Shown in pieces: positions 21,345 to 31,369 of a DNA stretch of 64,000 nucleotides. How positions within the stretch are numbered: position 1 is the first letter of the stretch; every line of letters begins with the position of its first letter. This stretch comes from Acidobacteriota bacterium (GTDB lineage: Bacteria; Acidobacteriota; UBA890; WLXD01). Location of the stretch: the NCBI GenBank assembly GCA_965205505.1, contig CBDBHB010000007.1, positions 512,001 to 576,000 of the forward strand, read 5' to 3'. The translations under genes and the position numbers were made by a program. Under the pieces are notes generated by a model. The model made no database searches and was not told the origin of the DNA. It worked only from the letters and a program-made list of their open reading frames with translations.

Positions 21345-22760
21345 ATGTGTAAAGCCACAGCCGTATTGACACTCTTGCTCACACTTTCGTTTGTTGAAGG
21401 CTCCACTGCGCAATATGGCGAACAGTATGACGATGTCATGGCAAACATCGGCGATGCGAACTACGGCACCTTCGATGACGGCAATCCCTATGCCACCGTT
21501 GACATGCTCAATCACGTGCGTAGAGAACGCTTCTACCTGATCTTGCCACGGGTCATGCGTGAAAGAGCAATCGACATGTGGATTCACGTCATTCGACCTT
21601 GGGCGTGGGGCGGAACCGATCCTCTTCGCTATGAATTCGGCACCAAGTCCGCCGTTCTCATCTTTACCGATCGCGGTAGCGATCAGATCGAACGGGTCGT
21701 TTTCCAGGGTGAGGTCCAAGATCCGGACGCCTACGACATCGTCGGCGAAGAATACAAGTATCTCAGTCAGCAAGACTATGAGTTCATGAATTACGCCGTC
21801 GACAATCCCGGCGACGAGTACGCGTCGGAATTGGACTTCAGATTCGAGGGTCTCTACGAGTTCGTTGCTGAACGGAACCCGAAGCGCATCGCCGTGAATT
21901 ACCTCGAAACACTCTCGTTTGCCGAGGGCTCCGAGACTTTTACCATGGCGCTCGGTGACGGTATTTCATACACCGACTATGTCCAGATATCCAAAGCGTT
22001 AGGCGACATCTACTCCAAGCGGATGGTCTCAGCAGAGCACCTTATCCTCGACTACTTATCAAGAAGGGTCGCCAGCGAGGTCGTTCTCTACGGCACTTCG
22101 GGCCTTCGACGCGAGAGCGGCAGAAGATTCGCCAATATTGTGCCCGGCGTCACCACGCTCGGCGATATCGATGTTCGCTCGGTAATCAACAAGGATGGAG
22201 ATGAACGAAGAGGCGACGACTATGTGATTCAGCGCGGCGATCTCATTGGTGGTTGGGAGGGACAAGCCTACGTTCTCCGGAAGGGCGAGACCGACTTACC
22301 GCAGCACATACGGAAATTCTGGGAGGATAACCAGAGAGTCCGTGACATCCTGCGGCACAACATCGAGGTCGGCCGCACCGGTGGCGAGACTCTCGATCTC
22401 CTCGCCCGAAAGCTGGAAGACGCAGGGTTCGTGTATACGGACTACCAGGAATACAACAAATACGTCGCGCACCCCGACAGAACCCAGGTCCATCTCGACT
22501 TACATGCTGAAGGGAAAGGAATTCTCGCGCCCAGAATTTCGCCGATGGGACCAAAATGGCACTGGAACACGACAATCCGCCTGTTTCACACCTTCGCCGT
22601 CGAATACATGATCTATATGCCCGTGCCGGAATGGTCTCGTGGAAATAATTTCACCGGGCAACAGATGTCTGCCGCTTTTCACGATGGCGGCATCGTCACC
22701 AGCCGTGGCATGGAGATTCCATACCCCGACCAATCCACCAAGATTCAGATCATTCAATAG
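21345..22760 (+). CDS. Exported divergent M24/Xaa-Pro peptidase-like protein, paralog 1
   Basis: Signal peptide; IDMWIHVIR, FTDRG, PKRIAVNY, YVLRKGET, VHLDLH, EYMIYMPVPEW, all shared with the next two genes. Confidence 0.65.
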   Translation: MCKATAVLTLLLTLSFVEGSTAQYGEQYDDVMANIGDANYGTFDDGNPYATVDMLNHVRRERFYLILPRVMRERAIDMWIHVIRPWAWGGTDPLRYEFGTKSAVLIFTDRGSDQIERVVFQGEVQDPDAYDIVGEEYKYLSQQDYEFMNYAVDNPGDEYASELDFRFEGLYEFVAERNPKRIAVNYLETLSFAEGSETFTMALGDGISYTDYVQISKALGDIYSKRMVSAEHLILDYLSRRVASEVVLYGTSGLRRESGRRFANIVPGVTTLGDIDVRSVINKDGDERRGDDYVIQRGDLIGGWEGQAYVLRKGETDLPQHIRKFWEDNQRVRDILRHNIEVGRTGGETLDLLARKLEDAGFVYTDYQEYNKYVAHPDRTQVHLDLHAEGKGILAPRISPMGPKWHWNTTIRLFHTFAVEYMIYMPVPEWSRGNNFTGQQMSAAFHDGGIVTSRGMEIPYPDQSTKIQIIQ

Positions 22761-22822
22761 ATTCACGACGCTTCAAGGTTAACAGGGTGCTGAAGAACTC
22801 TGTTAAGGCGCAGGGGCCAACC

Positions 22823-24058
22823 ATGTATGGAGTACGGAACGTCCTCACATTCTTGTGCATGCTTCTTCTTGCCCAAGAAGTCCACGCCCAGCGTCAAGAG
22901 CTCGAGGCGTTTCCGGCGCTGATGAATCTCATTCGTGGCGAGAAATTCGACGTGGTCCTCCCGCAAGCGATGAAGAGCAACGGCATCGACATGTGGATCC
23001 ACGTGATCAGAGGAGAGAACCTCCTCAACTACGAGCTCGGCGACAATTCCGGCATCTATATCTTTACCGACCGCGGTGAGGCGCGGATCGAGCGGGCTGT
23101 CCTCGGCGGCCAAGCCGACCGCGAACTCTATGACGTCTTCGGCCCTGAAAGTCACTTGGGACGATTCGTCGCCGACCGTGACCCCAAGCGTATCGCCCTC
23201 AATTACGCCGAAGAGGGTTCCGGTTTCGACACCATCTCGACCGAGGATCGGACACGGGTCTTTGAAGCACTGGGCGGCGAATACAGCAATCGAGTCGTCC
23301 CAGCCAACCACTTGATAGCGGATTTCTTGGCCGGCAGGGTGATGAGCGAAGTAGCCCTCTATGGTCGCCTTCTCATAAACAGCACCAACATCATAGAGAG
23401 AGCATTTGCAAGCATCGTCCCCGGCAAAACTCGCTTAAGCGACATTGCCGGCAATGTATTCGTCAGGGACCTCGACGGCAACGAAGAAAACAATACTGAT
23501 TACGTCGTCCAACCCGGCGATCTGGTCGGGATACTGCACGACGCGAACATGCGGGAATTCAGTGAGCACAACGGCGGCATCGGCTACGCCCTCCGCCAGG
23601 GGGAAACGGGGCTCCCTCCGGAGATCCAGCGTATATGGGGACATGCCTTACGAGCCCGTGAACTGTTCCGTAGAAATATCGTCGCAGGTCGGACAGGGGC
23701 GGAAACGCTCGACATCCTCATCAAGCAACTCGAGCAAGCCGGATACCACTACATCGATCAGGATCAATATGACACGAGCGCGGACCCGGACAAAACGCAG
23801 GTCCATATCGACTTCCATGCGCTCGGCAGAATGGTTTCACAGGAGGAAGCGCCGAGGATTTCTCCAACCGGTTGGGGCCGCGATCTGAAGATTCCCCTCT
23901 ACCATACCTTCGCCCTCGAATACATGATCCACATGCCCGTGCCGGAATGGGGCAAGGGAAAACACCTTTACATTTGCCTCCACGACGGAGCAATGGTCAC
24001 CGAACGTGGCGTCGAGTTTCCGGCGCGACCCACACAAGAGATTCTGATTATCCGCTAG
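22823..24058 (+). CDS. Exported divergent M24-like protein, paralog 2
   Basis: Signal peptide ending VHA-Q; same motif series. Confidence 0.65.
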   Translation: MYGVRNVLTFLCMLLLAQEVHAQRQELEAFPALMNLIRGEKFDVVLPQAMKSNGIDMWIHVIRGENLLNYELGDNSGIYIFTDRGEARIERAVLGGQADRELYDVFGPESHLGRFVADRDPKRIALNYAEEGSGFDTISTEDRTRVFEALGGEYSNRVVPANHLIADFLAGRVMSEVALYGRLLINSTNIIERAFASIVPGKTRLSDIAGNVFVRDLDGNEENNTDYVVQPGDLVGILHDANMREFSEHNGGIGYALRQGETGLPPEIQRIWGHALRARELFRRNIVAGRTGAETLDILIKQLEQAGYHYIDQDQYDTSADPDKTQVHIDFHALGRMVSQEEAPRISPTGWGRDLKIPLYHTFALEYMIHMPVPEWGKGKHLYICLHDGAMVTERGVEFPARPTQEILIIR

Positions 24059-24072
24059 CAGGAGATTGCCCG

Positions 24073-25527
24073 GTGACCGAATTACGACTTGTGCTGGTGG
24101 CCTCTTTCTTGCTGTGCCTCGCACACGTGTCAACCGCACAAACGCGAACTCGTAATCCTGAAGCCCTGCCCGGCATCAGCGACACCTACTACGGGGCCTT
24201 CGACGACGACAACCCCTATGCGACCAAAGAAATGCTGAACCACATTCGCCGGGAGAAATTCGCCTTGGTTTTACCCCGCGTCATGCGTGATGAACGCATC
24301 GACATGTGGATTCACATTATTCGGCCCTGGACCTTTAGCGGAAACGAGCTCAGAAGACTAGAGGGCCTCGATCTCAATTACAGCAACATCGATTCCACCG
24401 ACCCCCTTCGCTATGAATTCGGCAGCAACGCCGCCGTCCTCGTCTTTACCGATCGTGGCGACGACAGAATTGAGCGGGTCGTCTTTGAAGGTGAGGTTGA
24501 TGACGACGGCGCCTTCGACATCGTCCGCGGCCAGTCGAAGTTCATTAATCAAGAGAATTACGAGATCATGGACTACGTCAGGGAGAACCCGAGCGACGTT
24601 CCCCACTCAGAGATGGGCTACCGGTTCATGGGGCTCGGAGATTTCGTCGCCGAACGTGACCCGAAGCGAATCGGTGTGAATTACGCGGAGAAACTGTCAC
24701 TCGCCGAAGGCTCCGAGACATATACCCTCGCCCTTACCGACGGTATTTCCTATGCGGACCACCTCCATTTGTCTCGCGCGTTGGGCGACAAGTACGCCAA
24801 GCGAATGGTCTCCGCCGAGAACATGATCTTGGACTACCTCACGAGTAGTGTCGCCGGCGAAATCGTTCTCTTTGGTGGCTCCGGCCTACCGCGCCGGACT
24901 AGGACATTTCAAGAGATCGTACCCGGCGTCACCACCTTGCGCGATGTAGGGGGCAGTTGGTTCTCGACGCGCGAATGGGATCATGATGAAAGCGCTTTCG
25001 AAGATTTCCCCCTCCAGCACGGCGACATGTTCCAGAGCGGCATGGTCCCTTACTACGTACTCCGTGAGGGAGAGACCGGGCCGCCTCCAGAAGTCCAAAG
25101 GAGCTGGGATGAGGTCGTGAGAGTCCGCAAGCTCATTAGCAAGAACATCAGGGTCGGTGATACAGGTCGCCAAGCCCTTGCGCGGATCAGCGGCAAATTG
25201 GAAGAAGCCGGGTTTGCCTACATCGACAGAGACAGATTCGACCCGAGCCTGGACCCCGAAAAGACCCAAGTGCACCTAGACCTCCATCAGGTTGGCAAGG
25301 GCATGCTGGCGCCCAGGGTTTCACCTATGGGTGCAAGATGGCACGCGGACAAGAAGATCCCGCTCCTGCTCACCTTGGGCATCGAATACATGGTCCATAT
25401 GCCCGTCCCGGAATGGGGTGAAGGGAGACATATTTACTATTGCAGTCTCCACGAGCGTGGCGTCGTCACGGAGCGAGGTGTCGAATTCGCCGCGCCACCT
25501 GTCGCTGGGATTCAGAGTATTCACTGA
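24073..25527 (+). CDS. Exported divergent M24-like protein, paralog 3
   Basis: GTG start after AGGAGA; signal peptide ending STA-Q; same motif series. Confidence 0.65.
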   Translation: MTELRLVLVASFLLCLAHVSTAQTRTRNPEALPGISDTYYGAFDDDNPYATKEMLNHIRREKFALVLPRVMRDERIDMWIHIIRPWTFSGNELRRLEGLDLNYSNIDSTDPLRYEFGSNAAVLVFTDRGDDRIERVVFEGEVDDDGAFDIVRGQSKFINQENYEIMDYVRENPSDVPHSEMGYRFMGLGDFVAERDPKRIGVNYAEKLSLAEGSETYTLALTDGISYADHLHLSRALGDKYAKRMVSAENMILDYLTSSVAGEIVLFGGSGLPRRTRTFQEIVPGVTTLRDVGGSWFSTREWDHDESAFEDFPLQHGDMFQSGMVPYYVLREGETGPPPEVQRSWDEVVRVRKLISKNIRVGDTGRQALARISGKLEEAGFAYIDRDRFDPSLDPEKTQVHLDLHQVGKGMLAPRVSPMGARWHADKKIPLLLTLGIEYMVHMPVPEWGEGRHIYYCSLHERGVVTERGVEFAAPPVAGIQSIH

Positions 25528-25642
25528 CCCGTCTCACCGCTCTGAGCCATCAGCGCGCCGTCTCCACCGGCAAGCCCGCCGCTGTATGTACTTCCAACCT
25601 CCAATTACAATGGCGCGGCCTCTCCTCTCGACAGAAGCCGGA

Positions 25643-27427
25643 ATGAGCACACCGCCAGCAGACGAAAGTGCCGTGCAGCGCCTCGACAGGCTCTACGAGT
25701 ATGATCGCGAGCCGGTTGCCGAGCAGCAGCTGCACGGGGGTGCTCGTTTCGCCGGTATGTATGCAGGCGAGCACGTCGCGGCCACCGAATTCGTCATCGG
25801 CGCCCTGTTTGTGAGTTGGGGGGCACGCGCGGGGGATGTTCTCATCGGCCTGCTGCTGGGCAATTTGATGGCGGTGCTGTCGTGGACACTGGTGTGCGCT
25901 CCGATTGCGACCCAAACACGCCTGACGCTGTATTGGTATCTGCGGCGCATCGCCGGGCCGGGGGTCACCACCATCTACAACGTGCTCAACGCGGTCCTGT
26001 ACTGCATTCTTGCCGGTTCGATGATCACGGTATCGGCCTCTGCGATTCGCATCCCCTTCGGTATTCCGCCGCAAACGCATTGGTATCCCGATGACCTGCG
26101 CTTCGTGCTTGTGGTTCTGGGCGTGGGAGCTGTGGTCGTTGCCCTTGCCATCTGGGGTTTCACACGCTTGGCACAGTTCGCGACGCTGTGCGCTCCGTGG
26201 ATGATCGCGATGTTCATCGCGGGTGCCCTCGCTACTTGGCCGAGTTTGGCCGCATCGGTTGCTTCCGAGGGGGGTGAAGCCGCTGGATTCCTCGAGGTTG
26301 CGCGCACCCGTATCTGGACCGGCGTGCCGGCAAGTGGGGGCGAGCCGATCACCTTTTGGCAGCTCGCTGCCTTTGCTTGGATTGCCAACATAGCCATGCA
26401 CTTGGGCCTCTCCGACATGGCGATTCTTCGCTATGCCCGGCGCGCGCGCTATGGACTGAACTCGGCCTTCGGAATGTTCCTGGGACACTATGTGGCCTGG
26501 ATCGCTGCTGGTGTGATGGGCGCGGCGGCCGCCTTGGCGTTGAATCAGCCGCTGACCGAGCTCGACTCCGGCGCAGTGGCGATGCACGCCCTGGGTGTGG
26601 CGGGGGCGATCGCCGTGGTAATTGCCGGTTGGACGACCTCGAACCCGACCCTGTACCGGGCCGGACTTGCGCTGCAGGCGGTTACACCCAATTGGCCGCG
26701 TTGGAAGGTGACACTCGTCGCGGGTGCGCTGACCACGGTCGTCGCTTGCTCGCCCTTTGTATTCACCAAGCTGCTGGGTTTTGTCGGCATATACGGAATT
26801 CTGCTGGCGCCGGTTGGCGGCATCGTGACCGCTTACCACTTCGTCCTACGCAAGCGTGGTGCGGCTCACCAAGTCTCTTCCATGTGGAACGCACCGGCGC
26901 TCATCGCCTGGGCGGCCGGCAGTCTGGGAGCTGTGGTTCTCTGGCAGACCGGTGTGGTGCATCTCTTCTTCCTGGCTGTTCCGGCCTGGGTGCTGAGTGG
27001 GATCTTGTACCTGGTGCTGGCGAAGAAGGGGACCGGGGGCAGCTCTATGACAGCTGACACTCGCAGTGACAGCGCTGCGGATGCGGCCCCATACCGGCCT
27101 TTGATTGGAACCGCCGGGAGCGGCCCCGAGGAGGCACCGAGCTTCGCCAAAGCCGCCGGCCTGGTGGCGCTCCTCGCGCTCGTGACTTGCGTGGCGCTTC
27201 CGGTATGGATTCTGCTTTCGTCCGAAGCAGAACGCGCGTCGAGAACCGGACCCTTCAAGACCTGGTTGTTGATCGCCTCACTGGTCTACTTCGTGGCGGG
27301 TAGTCTGTGGATCTACCGTCGCCGTAGCGATGGTTCAGCGGCGCAATCAATCGTCGATCTCATTTCAGGGAACATTGTGAACATCTGCGCCGGACAACCG
27401 GCCGCTTTGCCCGGTGAATGGCAATGA
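25643..27427 (+). CDS. NCS1/cytosine-permease-like transporter
   Basis: YEYDREPV, AGEHVAATEFVIG, AGWTTSNPTLYRAG; more than 12 TM segments. Confidence 0.75.
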   Translation: MSTPPADESAVQRLDRLYEYDREPVAEQQLHGGARFAGMYAGEHVAATEFVIGALFVSWGARAGDVLIGLLLGNLMAVLSWTLVCAPIATQTRLTLYWYLRRIAGPGVTTIYNVLNAVLYCILAGSMITVSASAIRIPFGIPPQTHWYPDDLRFVLVVLGVGAVVVALAIWGFTRLAQFATLCAPWMIAMFIAGALATWPSLAASVASEGGEAAGFLEVARTRIWTGVPASGGEPITFWQLAAFAWIANIAMHLGLSDMAILRYARRARYGLNSAFGMFLGHYVAWIAAGVMGAAAALALNQPLTELDSGAVAMHALGVAGAIAVVIAGWTTSNPTLYRAGLALQAVTPNWPRWKVTLVAGALTTVVACSPFVFTKLLGFVGIYGILLAPVGGIVTAYHFVLRKRGAAHQVSSMWNAPALIAWAAGSLGAVVLWQTGVVHLFFLAVPAWVLSGILYLVLAKKGTGGSSMTADTRSDSAADAAPYRPLIGTAGSGPEEAPSFAKAAGLVALLALVTCVALPVWILLSSEAERASRTGPFKTWLLIASLVYFVAGSLWIYRRRSDGSAAQSIVDLISGNIVNICAGQPAALPGEWQ

Positions 27428-28719
27428 GCGAAACCTATCGCATTAGCGACGACCAAATACGGGATGAGAACGCTGCGGCGCTGGCCTCGCTGCAGGACGA
27501 CTTCGACCACCTCGGCGTGCAGCTGGCGCGGCGAGGAATCTCCATCGAAGAGATCACCCGCGAGGCGCAAGGCTTTGCTGTAGCGTTGCCCTCCTGGGGC
27601 GTCGGCACGGGTGGCACGCGCTTCGGGCGTTTTCCAGGAATTGGAGAGCCGCGCAACATCTTCGAAAAACTCGACGACTGCGCGACCGTTCAGCAGTTGG
27701 TCCGCTGCACACCTGCTATCTCCTTGCACATCCCATGGGACCGTCCCGACGACCCTGCCGAGTTGCGAGAACGCGCTGCTCACCTGGGAATCGGTTTCGA
27801 TGCGATCAACTCGAACACTTTTCAGGACCAACCGGAGCAAGCGCTCTCCTATCGATTCGGCAGCCTGGCACACACCGACGCGGCTGTGCGGCGGCAGGCG
27901 ATTGAACACAACCAGGAGTGCATCGAGGTCGGTCGAGAGCTAGGGTCCACGGCGTTGACGATCTGGATCGCCGACGGCGGCAACTTTCCCGGGCAACTGG
28001 ACTTCCGTGCCGCCCTCGGGCGCTACATCGATAGCTTGCGGGAGATCTACTCCGCGCTCCCGAGCGACTGGCGCATGTTCCTCGAACACAAGTTCTTCGA
28101 ACCGGCCTTCTACTCCACGTTGAACAACGATTGGGGAACCAATTACTTGTGCGCCGTGGAGCTCGGGGATCAGGCCTCTTGTCTTGTGGACCTCGGACAC
28201 CACGCTCCGAACGTCAACATAGAGATGATCGTCGCCCGCTTGATCCAGTTCGGTAAATTGGGCGGCTTCCACTTCAACGACAGCAAATATGGTGACGATG
28301 ACCTTGATAGTGGCTCGATCCACCCCTTCCAGCTCTTTCTCGTCATCCATGAGTTGATCGGAGCACGACGCGACGATGCGTCTTTCGCGCCCGCCTACAT
28401 GCTTGACCAATCGCACAACGTGACCGACCCGATCGAGTCCTTGATGACCAGCGCGATGGAAGTGCATCGTGCCTTCGTGCAGGCTCTGCTGGTGGACCGC
28501 GAAGCGCTCGCTGAACATCAAGGAGCCAACGACGCGATCATGGCGCTGGGCACCCTACGCGCAGCCTACCAATGCGACGTCTCCCCGATCCTCGCCATGG
28601 CTCGCCAGCGGTCCGGCGGAGCCGTCGATGCGCTCGGGCTGTATCGCAAGAGTGGCTACCGGAGCAACAAGGGTGTCGAGCGACCCTCCGACGGCGGCTC
28701 TCCGGCGGGGATCGTTTGA
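27418..28719 (+). CDS. rhaI: L-rhamnose isomerase (RhaI type)
   Basis: PSWGVGTGGTRF, LHIPWD, NSNTFQD, EHKFFEP, DLGHH, GFHFND, DQSHN. Confidence 0.9.
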   Translation: MAMSETYRISDDQIRDENAAALASLQDDFDHLGVQLARRGISIEEITREAQGFAVALPSWGVGTGGTRFGRFPGIGEPRNIFEKLDDCATVQQLVRCTPAISLHIPWDRPDDPAELRERAAHLGIGFDAINSNTFQDQPEQALSYRFGSLAHTDAAVRRQAIEHNQECIEVGRELGSTALTIWIADGGNFPGQLDFRAALGRYIDSLREIYSALPSDWRMFLEHKFFEPAFYSTLNNDWGTNYLCAVELGDQASCLVDLGHHAPNVNIEMIVARLIQFGKLGGFHFNDSKYGDDDLDSGSIHPFQLFLVIHELIGARRDDASFAPAYMLDQSHNVTDPIESLMTSAMEVHRAFVQALLVDREALAEHQGANDAIMALGTLRAAYQCDVSPILAMARQRSGGAVDALGLYRKSGYRSNKGVERPSDGGSPAGIV

Positions 28720-30378
28720 TTGGCTGACCGGCGTCCAGCCGGGCCAGCAGGCCGTGGTGAAAGTGTGGTGGGTCTGGTTACGGCGAGTTGGGGCCAGATG
28801 GAAGGCGGCCTGACGATGAGGGTGCCATCGCCTCCTCCTCTCTCCTTGCCTCCAACTCGCAAAACCCTGTCGCCAGACCCACCACACTTTCACCACGGCC
28901 TGCTAGAACGCGCCTATCTGGCGGTGGATCTTGGTGCGGGCAGCGGCCGCGTGATGTTGGGACGTCTGAGCGAGGATGCGCTCGAGCTCGAAGAGCTGCA
29001 TCGTTTTGCCCCGCCTGTGGCGTTCGAAGGGGGTCACGAGCGCTGGAAGCTTGACGGCTTGCTGGCCGAGGTCATGACGGGGCTGCACGCCGTGAGCCGG
29101 CAGCAGCTTGTCGATCCCGCCGAGATCCGCAGTGTTGGAGTCGATGGCTGGGGTGTGGACTATGGCCTGCTCGACGATAGCGGAACCCTGATCGAAAACC
29201 CCGTGTGCTATAGGGACCCGAGAACCGACGGGATGCTCGAAGCGCTGCTCGACAAAGTGCCCATGGAGCAGATCTACGCCAGCACTGGCATCCAGCTCAT
29301 GCCGATCAACACGTCGGTACAGATCTTGGCGCAGGTCGAAGCCGGCGAGTGGCCCCCGCAAGCGAAGCGCTTGCTGATGATCCCCGATCTCGTCCATCGT
29401 CACCTGTCGGGAGCTTCCACCGGGGAGGTCACCAACGCTTCGACCACCCAGCTGTTGCACGCCGGGACAAGAGAGTGGGACGCCCAGATGCTTGATGCGG
29501 TCGGCGTGGCGCCGGAGATCATGCCGTCATTGGCTCAGCCCGGCACACGGCTTGGCAGCCTGCTGCCCGAGCACCGAACCTCCACCGGCCTGAGCCGGCT
29601 CGAGGTCGTCGCGCCCGCCACCCATGACACAGCCAGCGCCGTAGCCGGTACGCCACTGAGTGCCGGATGGGCCTTTCTCTCGTCGGGCACCTGGTCGCTG
29701 TTGGGTATTGAAACCGCGGATCCGATTCTTGGCGATGAGGCCCAGCGTCGCAACGTCACCAATGAAGCGGGGGTCTGCGGCACCAACCGCCTGCTGAAGA
29801 ACGTGATGGGGCTTTGGCTGCTCGAGTCCTGCCGACGCGTTTGGGAATCAGAGGGCATCGGGCTCTCCCATGAAGAACTTCTCGGCGGGCTGCAAGGCAC
29901 TGCGATAGGTGACGGGCACATCGACGTGGACGACACGCGCTTCCTCAATCCCGACAACATGGTCGGGGAAATCAGCTCCTACCTGGTAGAGCGTGGGCAG
30001 GCGATACCGGGCTCACCGGCGGGCTTTGCCCGCTTGATTCTCGAATCGTTGGCGTTGCGTTGCGCGCAGGGCCTCGATGACCTGATGACGGTCACGTCGC
30101 AGAAGGTGCGGGGCGTCCACGTCATTGGTGGGGGCAGCCGCAACGATTTCCTCAACCAGGCCCTGGCCAACGCCACCGGCCTCGCGGTGAGAGCCGGCCC
30201 TGTGGAGGCCACCACCATTGGTAATATCGTGGTGCAGGCCATCGCGGACCATGCCCTCGAGGATCAATCCGCGGCCCGCACTTTTGTTGCCGGCACCTCA
30301 ACCGTCCGGGTTTTTCAGCCGCGAGATGCGGATCGCTGGGCCGCGGCGCGCGAGCGCTTTCGGATGACCCCGACCTGA
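28720..30378 (+). CDS. rhaB: Rhamnulokinase with a 53-codon MITE-derived N-terminal insert
   Basis: AVDLGAGSGR, DGWGVDY, YRDPRT, ATHDTASA, SSGTWSL, TNEAG, GGGSRN, GPVEAT. Confidence 0.9.
   Translation: MADRRPAGPAGRGESVVGLVTASWGQMEGGLTMRVPSPPPLSLPPTRKTLSPDPPHFHHGLLERAYLAVDLGAGSGRVMLGRLSEDALELEELHRFAPPVAFEGGHERWKLDGLLAEVMTGLHAVSRQQLVDPAEIRSVGVDGWGVDYGLLDDSGTLIENPVCYRDPRTDGMLEALLDKVPMEQIYASTGIQLMPINTSVQILAQVEAGEWPPQAKRLLMIPDLVHRHLSGASTGEVTNASTTQLLHAGTREWDAQMLDAVGVAPEIMPSLAQPGTRLGSLLPEHRTSTGLSRLEVVAPATHDTASAVAGTPLSAGWAFLSSGTWSLLGIETADPILGDEAQRRNVTNEAGVCGTNRLLKNVMGLWLLESCRRVWESEGIGLSHEELLGGLQGTAIGDGHIDVDDTRFLNPDNMVGEISSYLVERGQAIPGSPAGFARLILESLALRCAQGLDDLMTVTSQKVRGVHVIGGGSRNDFLNQALANATGLAVRAGPVEATTIGNIVVQAIADHALEDQSAARTFVAGTSTVRVFQPRDADRWAAARERFRMTPT
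28744..28906. mobile_element. MITE family A, internally deleted copy
   Basis: TIRs C(C/T)AGCAGGCCGTGGTGAAAGTGTGGTGGGTCTGG; colinear with both ends of 42507-42785. Confidence 0.85.
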
Positions 30379-30431
30379 CCCATCGTGAGCGCCAGCCGGC
30401 CACACGCTGGAGCGCAATGACTGGAGTAGCA

Positions 30432-30671
30432 ATGAACGGCACTGTACCCAATCGATGGAACGACGAAGACTGCCGGGATTTCTCCCCGCAGGAGTTGCTC
30501 CGCTACCGTTCCAACCTGCTGGCGTCCGACCTCAGGATCACCAACTATGGCGGGGGCAATACCTCGGCCAAGGTGACGATGCAGGACCCGGTGGGTGGCG
30601 AGGACGTGGAGGTTCTGTGGGTCAAGGGCTCCGGCGGCGACCTGGGCAGCATGGGGTTGAGTGGTTTCGCC
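30432..30671 (+). pseudogene. Bifunctional rhamnulose-1-phosphate aldolase/SDR, truncated after ~80 codons
   Basis: LRYRSNLLASDLRITNYGGGNTSAK...LWVKGSGGDLGS, then abrupt loss of similarity. Confidence 0.85.
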
Positions 30672-31160
30672 AAAGCCCACGGCGTTGGGCCCGGGGCGAA
30701 GGGGCTGCCCGTAGTCGGTCGGCTCCGCGGAACCGAGCCCGAGGTGCCACTTGCCGACGGCGGCCGTAGCGTAGCCGCTGCGCTGCAGCAGCGACGCCAA
30801 CGTCAGGCGACCCTCTTCGATGAGCGCCGGCGAGTAGCCCTGCAAAACGCGGCTTTTCAGCCGCGTTCTCCAAGCGTACCGTCCGGTGAGAAGACCGTAG
30901 CGGGTGGGCGTGCACACCGCCGATGGTGAATGCGCGTCGATGAAGCGCATCCCCTCGCCGGCGAGCGCGTCGATGTTCGGCGTCGGGATCCGCGAGGCGG
31001 GGTTGTAGCTCCCTGGATCGCCGTAGCCCATGTCGTCGGCGAGAATGACGACGATGTTCGGCAGCTCCCGTGTGGCGGCGCCGCGACCAGCCTGCCGACA
31101 TGCCGATCCGACGAAAACCGTCAGGACAAAGACAAGCACGATGGAGATCGAGGTCTTCAC
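30671..31160 (-). pseudogene. Arylsulfatase lipoprotein, 3'-truncated
   Basis: PNIVVILADDMGYGD, CTPTR, VGKWHLG, GPNAVGF; then runs into the antisense of the aldolase. Confidence 0.85.
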
Positions 31161-31369
31161 CTTGCGGGTAGTGGTCCGGCGGTCGCCGCGCCTTCCGTTG
31201 TCGCTCAGCGCGCACCTCCTTTCAGACGTCAGGTCATCTGCCCCATGTGTTGCGGCCACGTGGTACCTCAGTAGATTGGGGCTTACAAGGGGGGTTGAGG
31301 ACGGCCGCGCAGAGCGCGAGCGACAAGTACTTTTGGACCCTGGCGCTGGAGAGCGTAATAATTCGTGCC

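Noticed and set aside
22783-22800. CAGGGTGCTGAAGAACTC as an IS terminal repeat between M24 paralogs
   Set aside because: It resembles IS5/IS1182-type ends, but it is a single 18-mer with no partner, so it is too weak to call.
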